A stretch of 24,000 nucleotides of DNA from an uncultured Photobacterium sp. (GCA_947039005.1 CAMQXY010000013.1:21003-45002); one strand, 5' to 3'; counted from the first letter of the stretch, positions 1 through 8,152 are shown. The notes: generated by a model from the sequence alone, not told the origin. A program made the numbers and translations.

Positions 1-1315
1 CTTGCCATAACAGCGGCATAACAATGAGACTTAATAGAATGGTTGAAAGAGGCATTGATAGCCAGACACCGTTCACGCCTAACCACTGAGGCAAGAAATA
101 TAAAAACGGTAATTGTACTAACATGTTACTTACTGAAATAGTTAATGCTTTGCCTGCTTTATCTACTGCCATAAAGTACACGGTTGTGAGTACAATTAAG
201 CCATCTAAAAACATCGCAAACAGGTGCAATTGAATACCGCCGACCGCTTCTGAGGTCAGCTCCGCATTGCCGCTATTAAATAATCCAATTAATGTGTGTG
301 GGAAACTATACAATAATGCAAACCATGCAATACCAGCAATAATGGTTACTTTTATGGCTAAATAAATGGTTTTATTTATCTTTTGCGGTTGTTTAGCACC
401 ATAGTAATAGCTCACCGGTGGTTGCATTCCTTCTGCAATACCTTCAGCAACTAAGTAATATAATGTCATCATATAGCCGACAATCGCAAATGCACCTACG
501 GTGAGTTCAGTGCCATATTTCATAAATTGATAATTATGTAAAGCGACTACAAAACTGGCATAGAGGTACATGATTAATACCGATGAGCCAAGACTAATAA
601 TTTTCCAACAATGGCTGAATTGAATATTTTTGGTGGTAAAGTGGATGCGGAGTGATGAACGTGAAGAATAAAAGTAGATGATCCCCCCCACAACGGTGAT
701 ACCTTGCGCAATAATAGTCGCAATCGCAGCGCCTTGTAATTGCCACTTAAAAATACCAATAAACAGATAATCCAACACAATATTAGTTAGTGCGCCAATG
801 ATTAATAATCCGGTGGCTATTTTAGGGCTATCATCATTACGAATTATCATCGGAATAGCAGCCGCAAAGATAGTTACAAATGCTGCCCAGCCAAAACTTT
901 GAACATATTGTAGAGCTAACGCTTTTATAGTGTGGTTAGCCCCTTGAATGGTTAATAATGTTTCACCGAAATGAACAAATAGCACTAATGCCATTACACT
1001 GACCGCGGCAATTAATAATACCGCATGATCTAACGCTCGTTGCGCATGGTGAGGTTTATCTTCCCCTCGAGCAATCGAGATAAGCGTCCCACTGCCAATA
1101 CCAATCATTAAGCCTAAGCCTGATAACAAATAGGTGATTGGCCATGCCATATTGATTGCAGCTAGCCCTTGATAGCCCACATAGTGACCAACAAAAATAC
1201 CATCAACAATTTGATATAAACCTGTGACTAACATGGCTGCAATTGATGGGATCGCATAACGCCAAAAATTTTGGCTAATAGTCAGTGATGGCGGTGGTGA
1301 GTGAGTTAATTGCAT
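1..1315 (-). CDS. MATE family multidrug/toxic-compound efflux transporter (partial; the C-terminal ~15-25 codons lie beyond the left window edge)
   Basis: Absent from the supplied ORF track because there is no stop inside the window. Manual translation of the complement from ATG 1315-1313 stays open down to position 2: MQLTHSPPPSLTISQNFWRYAIPSIAAMLVTGLYQIVDGIFVGHYVGYQGLAAINMAWPITYLLSGLGLMIGIGSGTLISIARGEDKPHHAQRALDHAVLL... That is about 438 codons of alternating hydrophobic helices with a MATE/NorM-DinF-like N-terminal pattern. The frame was re-checked at 590-610 and 660-721. Confidence 0.85.
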   Translation of the reverse strand, partial: MQLTHSPPPSLTISQNFWRYAIPSIAAMLVTGLYQIVDGIFVGHYVGYQGLAAINMAWPITYLLSGLGLMIGIGSGTLISIARGEDKPHHAQRALDHAVLLIAAVSVMALVLFVHFGETLLTIQGANHTIKALALQYVQSFGWAAFVTIFAAAIPMIIRNDDSPKIATGLLIIGALTNIVLDYLFIGIFKWQLQGAAIATIIAQGITVVGGIIYFYSSRSSLRIHFTTKNIQFSHCWKIISLGSSVLIMYLYASFVVALHNYQFMKYGTELTVGAFAIVGYMMTLYYLVAEGIAEGMQPPVSYYYGAKQPQKINKTIYLAIKVTIIAGIAWFALLYSFPHTLIGLFNSGNAELTSEAVGGIQLHLFAMFLDGLIVLTTVYFMAVDKAGKALTISVSNMLVQLPFLYFLPQWLGVNGVWLSMPLSTILLSLIVMPLLWQ

Positions 1316-1368
1316 AAGAGGTCTCATTATATTAGTAGCGGTATTATCCTTGTTTATTAGATTGTTCA

Positions 1369-1385
1369 AAGATAATATCTATCTT
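1369..1385. promoter_or_regulatory. Candidate LysR-type binding site (inverted repeat AAGATA-N5-TATCTT) in the MATE/LysR divergent intergenic region
   Basis: Perfect 6-bp arms (1369-1374 and 1380-1385) with a 5-nt spacer give a T-N11-A-like architecture. It lies between the divergent MATE and LysR starts. Confidence 0.3.
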
Positions 1386-1408
1386 ATTTTCGGATGGTTT
1401 AAGCAGTG

Positions 1409-2293
1409 ATGGATTGGACATTAGATCAGCTCAATGCGTTTGTAATCTCAGTCGAGCAGGGCTCCTTTTCAGGTGCAGCTCGAAAAATAGGCAAGGCACA
1501 ATCACGTATAAGCACCGCAATCAGTAATCTTGAGGCAGATCTAGGATTTGATTTGTTTGATCGCAGCGCCCGTTTACCGGTGTTAACGGTTGCAGGTGAA
1601 CAGATGTATGAAGAAGCAAAAGTGGTTTTAGCCCAATGTGACCGTTTGCAATCGCGGGCATTAACATTAACTAAAGGTGAAGAAGTTTCACTTACTATTG
1701 CGATGGATGAGGCAACACCGACCACAGTCTTTGAAGAGTTTTTTGAACGTGTTGCTGCTCGATTCCCATTACTAAAGTTAACCATTATTAGTGGTTCGAA
1801 AGATGATATCACAAGTCAAGTTGACGATTTAACTGCAGATTTAGGGATTTTGTTTTTTAGTAAGACCCTGCCGAGTAGTTTAGAATTTACCCCTATTTGT
1901 GAGTTTAATTCATCACTTATTGTTGCTAAAAATCACCCGCTAGCAAAAGTTGTTGCACCTACGATGCAGCAACTTGGGCAATATCGGCAGCTATTAATTT
2001 GTGATCGTATGGGTTATTACCATACCGATGCCCTTTCTGCGAATTATTGGCATATTGATAGTTATTATTCGATTACGGCGTTTGTATTAAGAAATATGGG
2101 CTGGGCATTTGTGCCTGATCATGTGTTTAATTACTCGATCTTTAAAGATGGAGTGGTGAGGTTATCAATAGAAAATATTCCGACGTCACCGTGGATAGAT
2201 ATGGGATTGGTAAAACGACGTGATCAAGGTAATGGTCCGGTTCTTCGCTGGATGTATCAAGAGCTTAAAACAATGTTCGCTCAACATAACTAA
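1409..2293 (+). CDS. LysR family transcriptional regulator
   Basis: The N-terminal segment LDQLNAFVISVEQGSFSGAARKIGKAQSRISTAISNLEADLGFDLFDR is the LysR wHTH signature, and the rest is of LysR substrate-binding-domain length. The gene is divergent from the MATE gene. ATG 1409 is preferred over the track's GTG 1406. Confidence 0.9.
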   Translation: MDWTLDQLNAFVISVEQGSFSGAARKIGKAQSRISTAISNLEADLGFDLFDRSARLPVLTVAGEQMYEEAKVVLAQCDRLQSRALTLTKGEEVSLTIAMDEATPTTVFEEFFERVAARFPLLKLTIISGSKDDITSQVDDLTADLGILFFSKTLPSSLEFTPICEFNSSLIVAKNHPLAKVVAPTMQQLGQYRQLLICDRMGYYHTDALSANYWHIDSYYSITAFVLRNMGWAFVPDHVFNYSIFKDGVVRLSIENIPTSPWIDMGLVKRRDQGNGPVLRWMYQELKTMFAQHN

Positions 2294-2310
2294 CTGTTTA
2301 TTATTGGTGT

Positions 2311-4236
2311 ATGGTAGAAAAAATGGAAAATTGCTTGGTTAGAGATCCTTTACCGCTAGTTGTAGCAGGACCTATTTTACGTAAAGTAACCGCGAAAGAA
2401 TTGACGCTATGGTTAGTGACAACACGTCAACTAGACGCTGATTTTAGGATGTTTATGGGAGCGGATGACAGACCTTTTTATGAGGCTAAATTTGATCCTG
2501 CACACCAAATTCAAATTGGTAAACAGGCGTGGGTGGTACTTGCTCGTTTTATAGGTGATTTTCCACAAAATACCCCTCTTGAATATCAGGTTATAACCTC
2601 AGAAGGTTCATTAACTGAATTAATGCCTGATTTACTGTATGACAATGAGTCGCGCTTGAGTGTTGTTATTCAGCAACGTGCTGATTATGTTTTACATGGT
2701 TCTTGTCGTAATCCTCATTATCCAAGTAAAGACAGTTTAGTGGCTGCTGATAATAAAATGAGTACGTTAGCCGCTGTTGATCGTCCGAGTTTATTAATGA
2801 TGAGTGGTGATCAAATTTATGCCGATCATGTTGCAGGACCAATGTTGGATGCCATTCAACAAGTAACAGTATTATTAGGGTTACCAGATGAAACGTTTGA
2901 ACAGGCACAAGTTGCTGATACTAAAGCGTTATACCAACATCCACAAAATATTTATGGGCGTGATAAATTATTACCGCGTTATGTTAACGATGAAAGTTGG
3001 TGGCGACGTTGTTTACCGACAACTACAACCCCTATTTTTAGTTCGCGTGAATGTGAAAACCATTTAATTAGTTTCAGTGAATTCTTTGCGATGTATTTAT
3101 TGGTGTGGTCGCCGACATTATGGCAGTTTGTTGATCGTGAGCGTTTTGCGCGTAATGGTTATTGTAATGCTGGCGTTGCTGTGTCACTAAAATGGCAGCA
3201 AACATGGCAACATGAAGCGCCTATTATTGATGATTTTGTTGCAGGGCTTAACAATGTGCGTCGATTAATGGCGCATATTCCCACCTATATGATTTTTGAT
3301 GATCATGATATTACAGATGATTTTCAGCTTAATCGACGTTGGGAAAAAGCTGCCCACGATAATTTTTTCTCACGCCGTATTATTGGTAATGCCTTAATTA
3401 GTTATTGGTTATGTCAAGGGTGGGGTAATGCGCCTGAAAAATTCACTCCCGCTTGTTTAGCGTTAGCCCAGACATTTTTTGATCAGCCGACACCGCAGGC
3501 ACAAGATGCGTTAGCGGAGTATTTTTATCGGTTTGAAGAGTGGCATTATACCATTGCAACGATCCCTAAAATGGTGGTGTTAGATACGCGAACTCGACGT
3601 TGGCGATCAGAATCACATGCTAATCGTCCGTCAGGATTGATGGATTGGGAGGCATTGATTGAATTGCAACAAGAGTTATTAAATGAATCGGCAGTGATCA
3701 TTGTTTCTGCCGCCCCTATGTTTGGGGTTAAGTTTATCGAAACCTTACAACGGATAATGACATTATTAGGGCAACCATTGGTGGTTGATGCTGAAAATTG
3801 GATGGCACATCCTGGTTCTGCTAACACCTTATTAAGTATTTTTACGCACACCAAAACGCCGACGACATTTATTATTTTATCTGGCGATGTGCATTACTCA
3901 TTTGCTTACGATATCACATTACGTAATTTGAAAGGGCAGTTTAAAATATTTCAAATAACGTGTAGTGGGCTTAAAAATGAATTTCCTAATCGGTTGCTAC
4001 GTTTTTGTGATTGGATGGATCGCTGTCTTTACAGTCCGCATTCCCCTCTTAACTGGTTCACTAAACGGAAGCGATTATTAATTGAAAAGCGCGATCCAGA
4101 TATTGAAGGGCATCATCGCTTAATCAATAGAAGTGCCATTGGTGAATTATATCTTGATGATCAAGGGACACCACGTGTGATTGATATATTAACCGCAGAA
4201 GGGGATGTGATCCATTTTCCACCCAAAAGGTCTTAA
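2311..4236 (+). CDS. PhoD-like metallophosphoesterase (alkaline phosphatase D family), apparently without export signal
   Basis: 641-aa ORF carrying the PhoD motif series HGSCRNP, MMSGDQIYADHV, IFDDHDITDDF and ILSGDVHYSF, plus an N-terminal PhoD_N-like strand (PLVVAGPILRKVT..LTLWLVTT). It starts 17 nt after the LysR stop. The start is unresolved between ATG 2311 and ATG 2323. Confidence 0.7.
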   Translation: MVEKMENCLVRDPLPLVVAGPILRKVTAKELTLWLVTTRQLDADFRMFMGADDRPFYEAKFDPAHQIQIGKQAWVVLARFIGDFPQNTPLEYQVITSEGSLTELMPDLLYDNESRLSVVIQQRADYVLHGSCRNPHYPSKDSLVAADNKMSTLAAVDRPSLLMMSGDQIYADHVAGPMLDAIQQVTVLLGLPDETFEQAQVADTKALYQHPQNIYGRDKLLPRYVNDESWWRRCLPTTTTPIFSSRECENHLISFSEFFAMYLLVWSPTLWQFVDRERFARNGYCNAGVAVSLKWQQTWQHEAPIIDDFVAGLNNVRRLMAHIPTYMIFDDHDITDDFQLNRRWEKAAHDNFFSRRIIGNALISYWLCQGWGNAPEKFTPACLALAQTFFDQPTPQAQDALAEYFYRFEEWHYTIATIPKMVVLDTRTRRWRSESHANRPSGLMDWEALIELQQELLNESAVIIVSAAPMFGVKFIETLQRIMTLLGQPLVVDAENWMAHPGSANTLLSIFTHTKTPTTFIILSGDVHYSFAYDITLRNLKGQFKIFQITCSGLKNEFPNRLLRFCDWMDRCLYSPHSPLNWFTKRKRLLIEKRDPDIEGHHRLINRSAIGELYLDDQGTPRVIDILTAEGDVIHFPPKRS

Positions 4237-4465
4237 TCATAAATGGCATTTGTTTTATTTTTCATCGATAACAAGAACGAATAAATATGAATGTTATTTC
4301 TCATATTTATGGTTTTATTTTTATAAATAAAACAGATTTAATACCGCATTATAAAAAAAAATGACCTATTATTGACTTTGACATGACGTTAATTAGATAT
4401 GTTTTTCATGCTAATGGTGGATACTGTTAAGGTTATATTTGAATATGAGTTTTACAGGAGTTGAT

Positions 4466-5164
4466 ATGAAAAAAAGTATTATTGCTATAGCGATTGCTGG
4501 TTTAGTGCTTGTTGGTTGTGATCAAGCAAGCCACGATTCGGCAAAAGAATCTACGGCTTCAGTAAAAGCAACAACGACACAAGTAAAAGACGATGCTGTT
4601 AGTACAACGGATACAACGCTTAATTCAACCAAGCAAGCACTAACAGATTCTGCCGATGCTGTAAAAGATACAGCGGATAAAGCAGTTGATAAAGCCACAG
4701 AAGCTAAAAATAATGTAGCAGACAGTTCTGATTCGGCAGTAGAAAATACAGAGAAAACTGTTTCAGATTCAGCTAATGCTATAGAGAATAAAGCCTCTGA
4801 GCTAAAAGATAATGCCACGGATGCAGCCTCTGATGCTGTTGATGCATCTAAAGATGCTGCTAGTGATGCGGTTGATGCGTCTAAAGATGCAGTCAATAAT
4901 GCAACAGATACGATGAAAAATGCAGCGAGTAATGCTTTAGATAAAGCAACTGAGATGAAAGACGCGGCAATGGATAAAACTAAATCAGCGGTCAGTGATA
5001 CAACTGATGCGGTGAAAAATGCCGCGAGTAATGTTGCAGATAGCGCAACAGATATGAAAGATGCCGCGATGGATAAAACTAAAGCAGCAACTAATGATGC
5101 GGTTGATATGATCAATAAATCTGTTGATTCAGCAGAGAAGAAAGCATCTGATTATATAAAATAA
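4466..5164 (+). CDS. Lipoprotein built from ~15 tandem 11-residue repeats (group-3 LEA-like / apolipoprotein-like amphipathic repeat protein)
   Basis: Start moved to ATG 4466 (AGGAG at 4456-4460, 5-nt spacer). MKKSIIAIAIAGLVLVGC is a signal peptide with a lipobox. The mature part is composed almost entirely of A, D, S, T, K, N, V, E with a strict 11-residue period (DKAVDKATEAK, DASKDAASDAV twice, DKTKSAVSDTT, DSATDMKDAAM and so on). Confidence 0.8.
   Translation: MKKSIIAIAIAGLVLVGCDQASHDSAKESTASVKATTTQVKDDAVSTTDTTLNSTKQALTDSADAVKDTADKAVDKATEAKNNVADSSDSAVENTEKTVSDSANAIENKASELKDNATDAASDAVDASKDAASDAVDASKDAVNNATDTMKNAASNALDKATEMKDAAMDKTKSAVSDTTDAVKNAASNVADSATDMKDAAMDKTKAATNDAVDMINKSVDSAEKKASDYIK
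4820..4885 (+). repeat. In-frame tandem 33-bp repeat (2 units, encoding DAASDAVDASK twice) inside the LEA-like gene
   Basis: gatgcagcctctgatgctgttgatgcatctaaa is followed directly by gatgctgctagtgatgcggttgatgcgtctaaa. The differences are mostly synonymous. Confidence 0.9.
4916..5113 (+). repeat. In-frame tandem 99-bp repeat (2 units, 3 x 11 codons each) inside the LEA-like gene
   Basis: aaaaatgcagcgagtaatgc...atgaaagacgcggcaatggataaaactaaa at 4916 recurs as aaaaatgccgcgagtaatgt...atgaaagatgccgcgatggataaaactaaa at 5015, a period of exactly 99 nt. Confidence 0.85.
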
Positions 5165-5266
5165 TCAATAAGATACAGTAGTAAGTAATAAAAAAGATTA
5201 ATATTGACGTTAAGATGCCGAGTATTATCAATGCTCGGTTATTCTTTTTTTCACAAGGAGTTTACG

Positions 5267-5707
5267 GTGAAAAAAAAATGTTTATTGGTCGCTATGGTCG
5301 TACTTGCATTAGCGGGGTGTGATCAAGCTAAAACCAATGATAGTGCTTCTGTTGCAAAACAAACCGAAGTACATAATGCACAAAACTCACTAGATTGGAT
5401 GGGCGAATATACTGGCATTCAGCCTTGTGGTGATTGTTCTGGCATTGAAACCAGCTTAACCTTAAATAAAGACGGTAGCTTTGTTTTAAATGAAACCTAT
5501 CAAGGTAAAGATACGAAGCCGTTTGTTAATAAAGGTAAGTTTAAGTGGAATGATCGTGGTGATACTATCACGCTAAATCTTAGCGGCAGTCAATCAGTGA
5601 AGTATTTCGTTGGTGAGCATCGTATTTTCCGACTAGACCAACAAGGTCAGCGTATAAAAGGTGATTTAGCTGACGCTTATACGCTTACGCAAAATGACGA
5701 TAATTAA
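5267..5707 (+). CDS. NlpE N-terminal-domain lipoprotein (CXXC copper/envelope-stress sensor domain only)
   Basis: Start moved to GTG 5267 (AAGGAG 5255-5260, 6-nt spacer). VKKKCLLVAMVVLALAGC carries a lipobox. QPCGDCSGIETSLTLNKDGSF matches E. coli NlpE LPCADCEGIETSLFLEKDGTW. The protein ends after this domain, so the NlpE C-terminal domain is absent. Confidence 0.8.
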   Translation: MKKKCLLVAMVVLALAGCDQAKTNDSASVAKQTEVHNAQNSLDWMGEYTGIQPCGDCSGIETSLTLNKDGSFVLNETYQGKDTKPFVNKGKFKWNDRGDTITLNLSGSQSVKYFVGEHRIFRLDQQGQRIKGDLADAYTLTQNDDN

Positions 5708-5718
5708 TTTTTAAGAAA

Positions 5719-5772
5719 ATGCTCTGAAGTCTCTTTTTATTGGTTAATAAGAGAGATATCAGGGCATTTTTT
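5719..5772. terminator. Bidirectional Rho-independent terminator between the convergent nlpE-like and LysR genes
   Basis: ATGCTCTGA..TCTCT pairs with AGAGA..TCAGGGCAT (one G-U wobble). It is followed by TTTTT on the plus strand and preceded by AAAA. Confidence 0.7.
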
Positions 5773-5815
5773 ATTGCCTCATGTAAGTAAAAGCCACTTT
5801 TTTAGTTTTGTTTCA

Positions 5816-6721
5816 TTATTGTGAGCGTTCAATTTCTTCATCTACCCAACGTAATAATTGTTTGATAGCGCGTGATAACACTTGATTTTGACGGACTATA
5901 TAACCAAGGCTGGTGGTCGGGAAATGTGGTAATGGTGTAATGGTTGTTTGTAGATGTAATTTCGAGTGCAATGAAAAACTCGGTACAATAGCGACCCCAA
6001 ATCCTGCTTCAGCCCAATCTATTTGAGCATCGACACTACCAACCTCCATCACATGATATTTAGCAAGTTGTAAGCTAGGTAAGGCCAAATCAATTAATTC
6101 GCGAGTACGGGTATCATGGCCTAATAAGATTAATGTTGGTTCTTCTGCTGCGAGAGGCTGTGATTCAATAATGGCTGCGGGATCATGAGATAATTGTTGC
6201 CAGCGCTCTAAGCCGTTGCCTAATGCACACCATTTAACCTGACGCAGCTCCATAAAATGCAATGGTTGACTTTCTTTTTGGGCAATCACAAACCCTAAGT
6301 CAGCTTTGGCACTTTTTACCAGTTCAGTAGCCTGTGACGAGGTGGTATTAAAAAGTGATAAATCAATACCTGGATATTCTTTTTTAAATGCTTGGAAGGG
6401 ACTGATAAGTAATAACCGCGAGATAATATCACTGGCTGCAATAGTCAGTGTGCCTTGGTTGAGTTCGTTAATTGCATTCAGATCCGCCTGACAGACCTGT
6501 AATTCCATTAAGGTGTTTTCGGCACTTTTCAGTAATCTTTCGCCCGCTTGGGTTAACCTGAATGGGTTTCTTTCAATTAATTTTACTCGGGTTGTTTGTT
6601 CTAATTGTTTAATATGAAGACTGACATTAGGCTGAGTCATATGAAGAAAAGCGGCTGTCTTCCCAAAATGTTTATGTTTAGAAAGTGCAACGAATGTATT
6701 AAGCCAATGTAAATCTACCAT
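5816..6721 (-). CDS. LysR family transcriptional regulator (divergent from the purA paralogue)
   Basis: The N-terminal segment LHWLNTFVALSKHKHFGKTAAFLHMTQPNVSLHIKQLEQTTRVKLIERN is a LysR HTH. The ORF is 301 aa, with an AAGAAGGT RBS just upstream of ATG 6721-6719. Confidence 0.9.
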   Translation of the reverse strand: MVDLHWLNTFVALSKHKHFGKTAAFLHMTQPNVSLHIKQLEQTTRVKLIERNPFRLTQAGERLLKSAENTLMELQVCQADLNAINELNQGTLTIAASDIISRLLLISPFQAFKKEYPGIDLSLFNTTSSQATELVKSAKADLGFVIAQKESQPLHFMELRQVKWCALGNGLERWQQLSHDPAAIIESQPLAAEEPTLILLGHDTRTRELIDLALPSLQLAKYHVMEVGSVDAQIDWAEAGFGVAIVPSFSLHSKLHLQTTITPLPHFPTTSLGYIVRQNQVLSRAIKQLLRWVDEEIERSQ

Positions 6722-6800
6722 TTTTACCTTCTTAATTTTGATTCAGCTCTCTTGCTGGCTGCAACATATCTGAGTAAACACAATGACTAATGTACGCCAT

Positions 6801-6815
6801 ATAAGAGATTCTTAT
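6801..6815. promoter_or_regulatory. Candidate LysR box (ATAAG-N5-CTTAT, T-N11-A type) in the LysR/purA-paralogue divergent region
   Basis: Perfect 5-bp inverted repeat with a 5-nt spacer. It lies about 80 nt from both divergent start codons. Confidence 0.35.
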
Positions 6816-6895
6816 CAAGTTAATAACGATTATTAATTATTTTTATTGCGTCATTGAGCATAGGATAGAGGTCTTGCTTTTGAGGAGATTAAATT

Positions 6896-8152
6896 ATGTC
6901 GTCTATTGTTGTTGTTGGTGCTAACTGGGGTGATGAAGGTAAAGGTCGGATTGTTGATTATTTAGCAGACCAAGCTTCAGCGAGTATTCGTTTCCAAGGT
7001 GGTAATAACGCAGGTCACACTGTTGTTAACGATTTTGGTACTTTTAAACTACACCAGTTACCAAGCGGCGTATTTAACCCTGATTGTATCGCTGTTTTAG
7101 GCCCTGGTATGGTTATCAGCCCAGAGAAATTAAGCCTAGAAATCGAAGAAGTAGCAACATCAGGTGTTGAAGTTAAACTTTGCATCTCAGATCGTGCCAC
7201 ATTATGTCTACCATTACACGCACTAGAAGATACCCTAGAAGAATTACGTCTAGGTGACGGTGCTTACGGTTCAACACGTCAAGGTATCGCACCTGCATAC
7301 GGTGACCGTGTAATGAAGAAGGGTATTCTTGTTGGTTGGTTAAATCAGCCAGAAGTACTTCTTGAGCGTATTCAATTCATGATGGATTGGAAATTGCCAC
7401 AGCTTAAAGCGTTATATCCTTCAATGGAGTTCACGCAAACAGCTGAAGAAATGACAGAGTGGCTACTTGAAGTGTCTCAACCTTGGCGTGACAGCATTTG
7501 TAACGTTACTGAGCCACTAAAAGCGTTACAAAAAGAAGACAAAACATTATTGTTTGAAGCACAGTTAGGTGCGGGTCGTGACTTAGTTTACGGTGAATAC
7601 CCATGGACAACATCATCTAACGTGACTGCAGCTTATGCAGGTATCGGTAGTGGTTTACCAGCACTTCACCCTGAGCGTGTTATTGCTGTTGCTAAATCAT
7701 TCAGTTCTTCAGTAGGTACAGGTACGTTGATCACCGCAATGGAAGATCAAGACCAATTCCGTGAAGATGCTAAAGAGTTCGGCGCAACAACTGGCCGTCC
7801 ACGTGATATGGGTTACTTTGATGCAGTAGCAACACGTAATGGTGTTGAACTACAAGCAGCAACAGAAATCGCATTAACTAAGATTGACTGTTTAAGTGGC
7901 ATGAAAGATCTTAAGATCTGTGTTGCTTACAACGGTGACCACACTGAAAACCCAATTTGGCCTCAAACTGCATCTCTAACAGCAGTTTATGAGCAAATGA
8001 TGGGTTGGGATGAAGACATTACGGGTTGCCGTAAGTTTGAAGAACTACCAGAAGGTGCACAACAGTACGTACTTCGCATTGAAGAACTAATGGGTGTTCC
8101 TGTTAAAATGGTATCAGTAGGTCCAGAGCGTGACCAAATGATCCTACGTTAA
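6896..8152 (+). CDS. purA: Adenylosuccinate synthetase, divergent second-copy type (PurA2-like)
   Basis: 418 aa. GANWGDEGKGRIVD, FQGGNNAGHTV, YPWTTSSN, EFGATTGRPR, LTKIDCLSG and VSVGPERDQMILR align with E. coli PurA QWGDEGKGKIVD, YQGGHNAGHT, YPYVTSSN, EFGATTGRRRR, LTKLDVLDG and ISTGPDRTETMILR. GAGGAG RBS at 6882-6887 with an 8-nt spacer. The strong ggt/cgt/tac/gac codon bias differs from the neighbouring genes. Confidence 0.9.
   Translation: MSSIVVVGANWGDEGKGRIVDYLADQASASIRFQGGNNAGHTVVNDFGTFKLHQLPSGVFNPDCIAVLGPGMVISPEKLSLEIEEVATSGVEVKLCISDRATLCLPLHALEDTLEELRLGDGAYGSTRQGIAPAYGDRVMKKGILVGWLNQPEVLLERIQFMMDWKLPQLKALYPSMEFTQTAEEMTEWLLEVSQPWRDSICNVTEPLKALQKEDKTLLFEAQLGAGRDLVYGEYPWTTSSNVTAAYAGIGSGLPALHPERVIAVAKSFSSSVGTGTLITAMEDQDQFREDAKEFGATTGRPRDMGYFDAVATRNGVELQAATEIALTKIDCLSGMKDLKICVAYNGDHTENPIWPQTASLTAVYEQMMGWDEDITGCRKFEELPEGAQQYVLRIEELMGVPVKMVSVGPERDQMILR

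Noticed and set aside
574-780. 68-aa minus-strand ORF
   Set aside because: It lies out of frame inside the continuous MATE transporter reading frame (1-1315, minus strand), which I verified by manual translation.
4820-5113. Tandem DNA repeats as a possible CRISPR or VNTR-type non-coding array
   Set aside because: The repeats are in frame within a coding gene (33 and 99 bp, multiples of the 11-codon protein repeat). There are no unique spacers, so this is not a CRISPR architecture.
4439-5266. Track N-terminal extensions of the two lipoprotein genes (starts at 4439 and 5204), and likewise at 22422, 19280, 14923, 15213 and 9137
   Set aside because: In each case an internal ATG or GTG gives a canonical protein N-terminus: a signal peptide with lipobox, or the N-terminus expected from the homologue. 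Several of these (4466, 5267, 9155, 15219, 22323) also have a well-spaced Shine-Dalgarno sequence. The extensions use TTG or unsupported starts.
6896-8152. Possibility that the PurA paralogue is a PurZ-type enzyme (2-aminoadenine/Z-base DNA pathway of phages such as Vibrio phage PhiVC8)
   Set aside because: As I recall, PurZ replaces the catalytic Asp of the GDEGKG loop, is much shorter, and occurs with mazZ/datZ and phage genes. Here the Asp is retained, the protein is of nearly full PurA length (418 aa), and there is no phage context.
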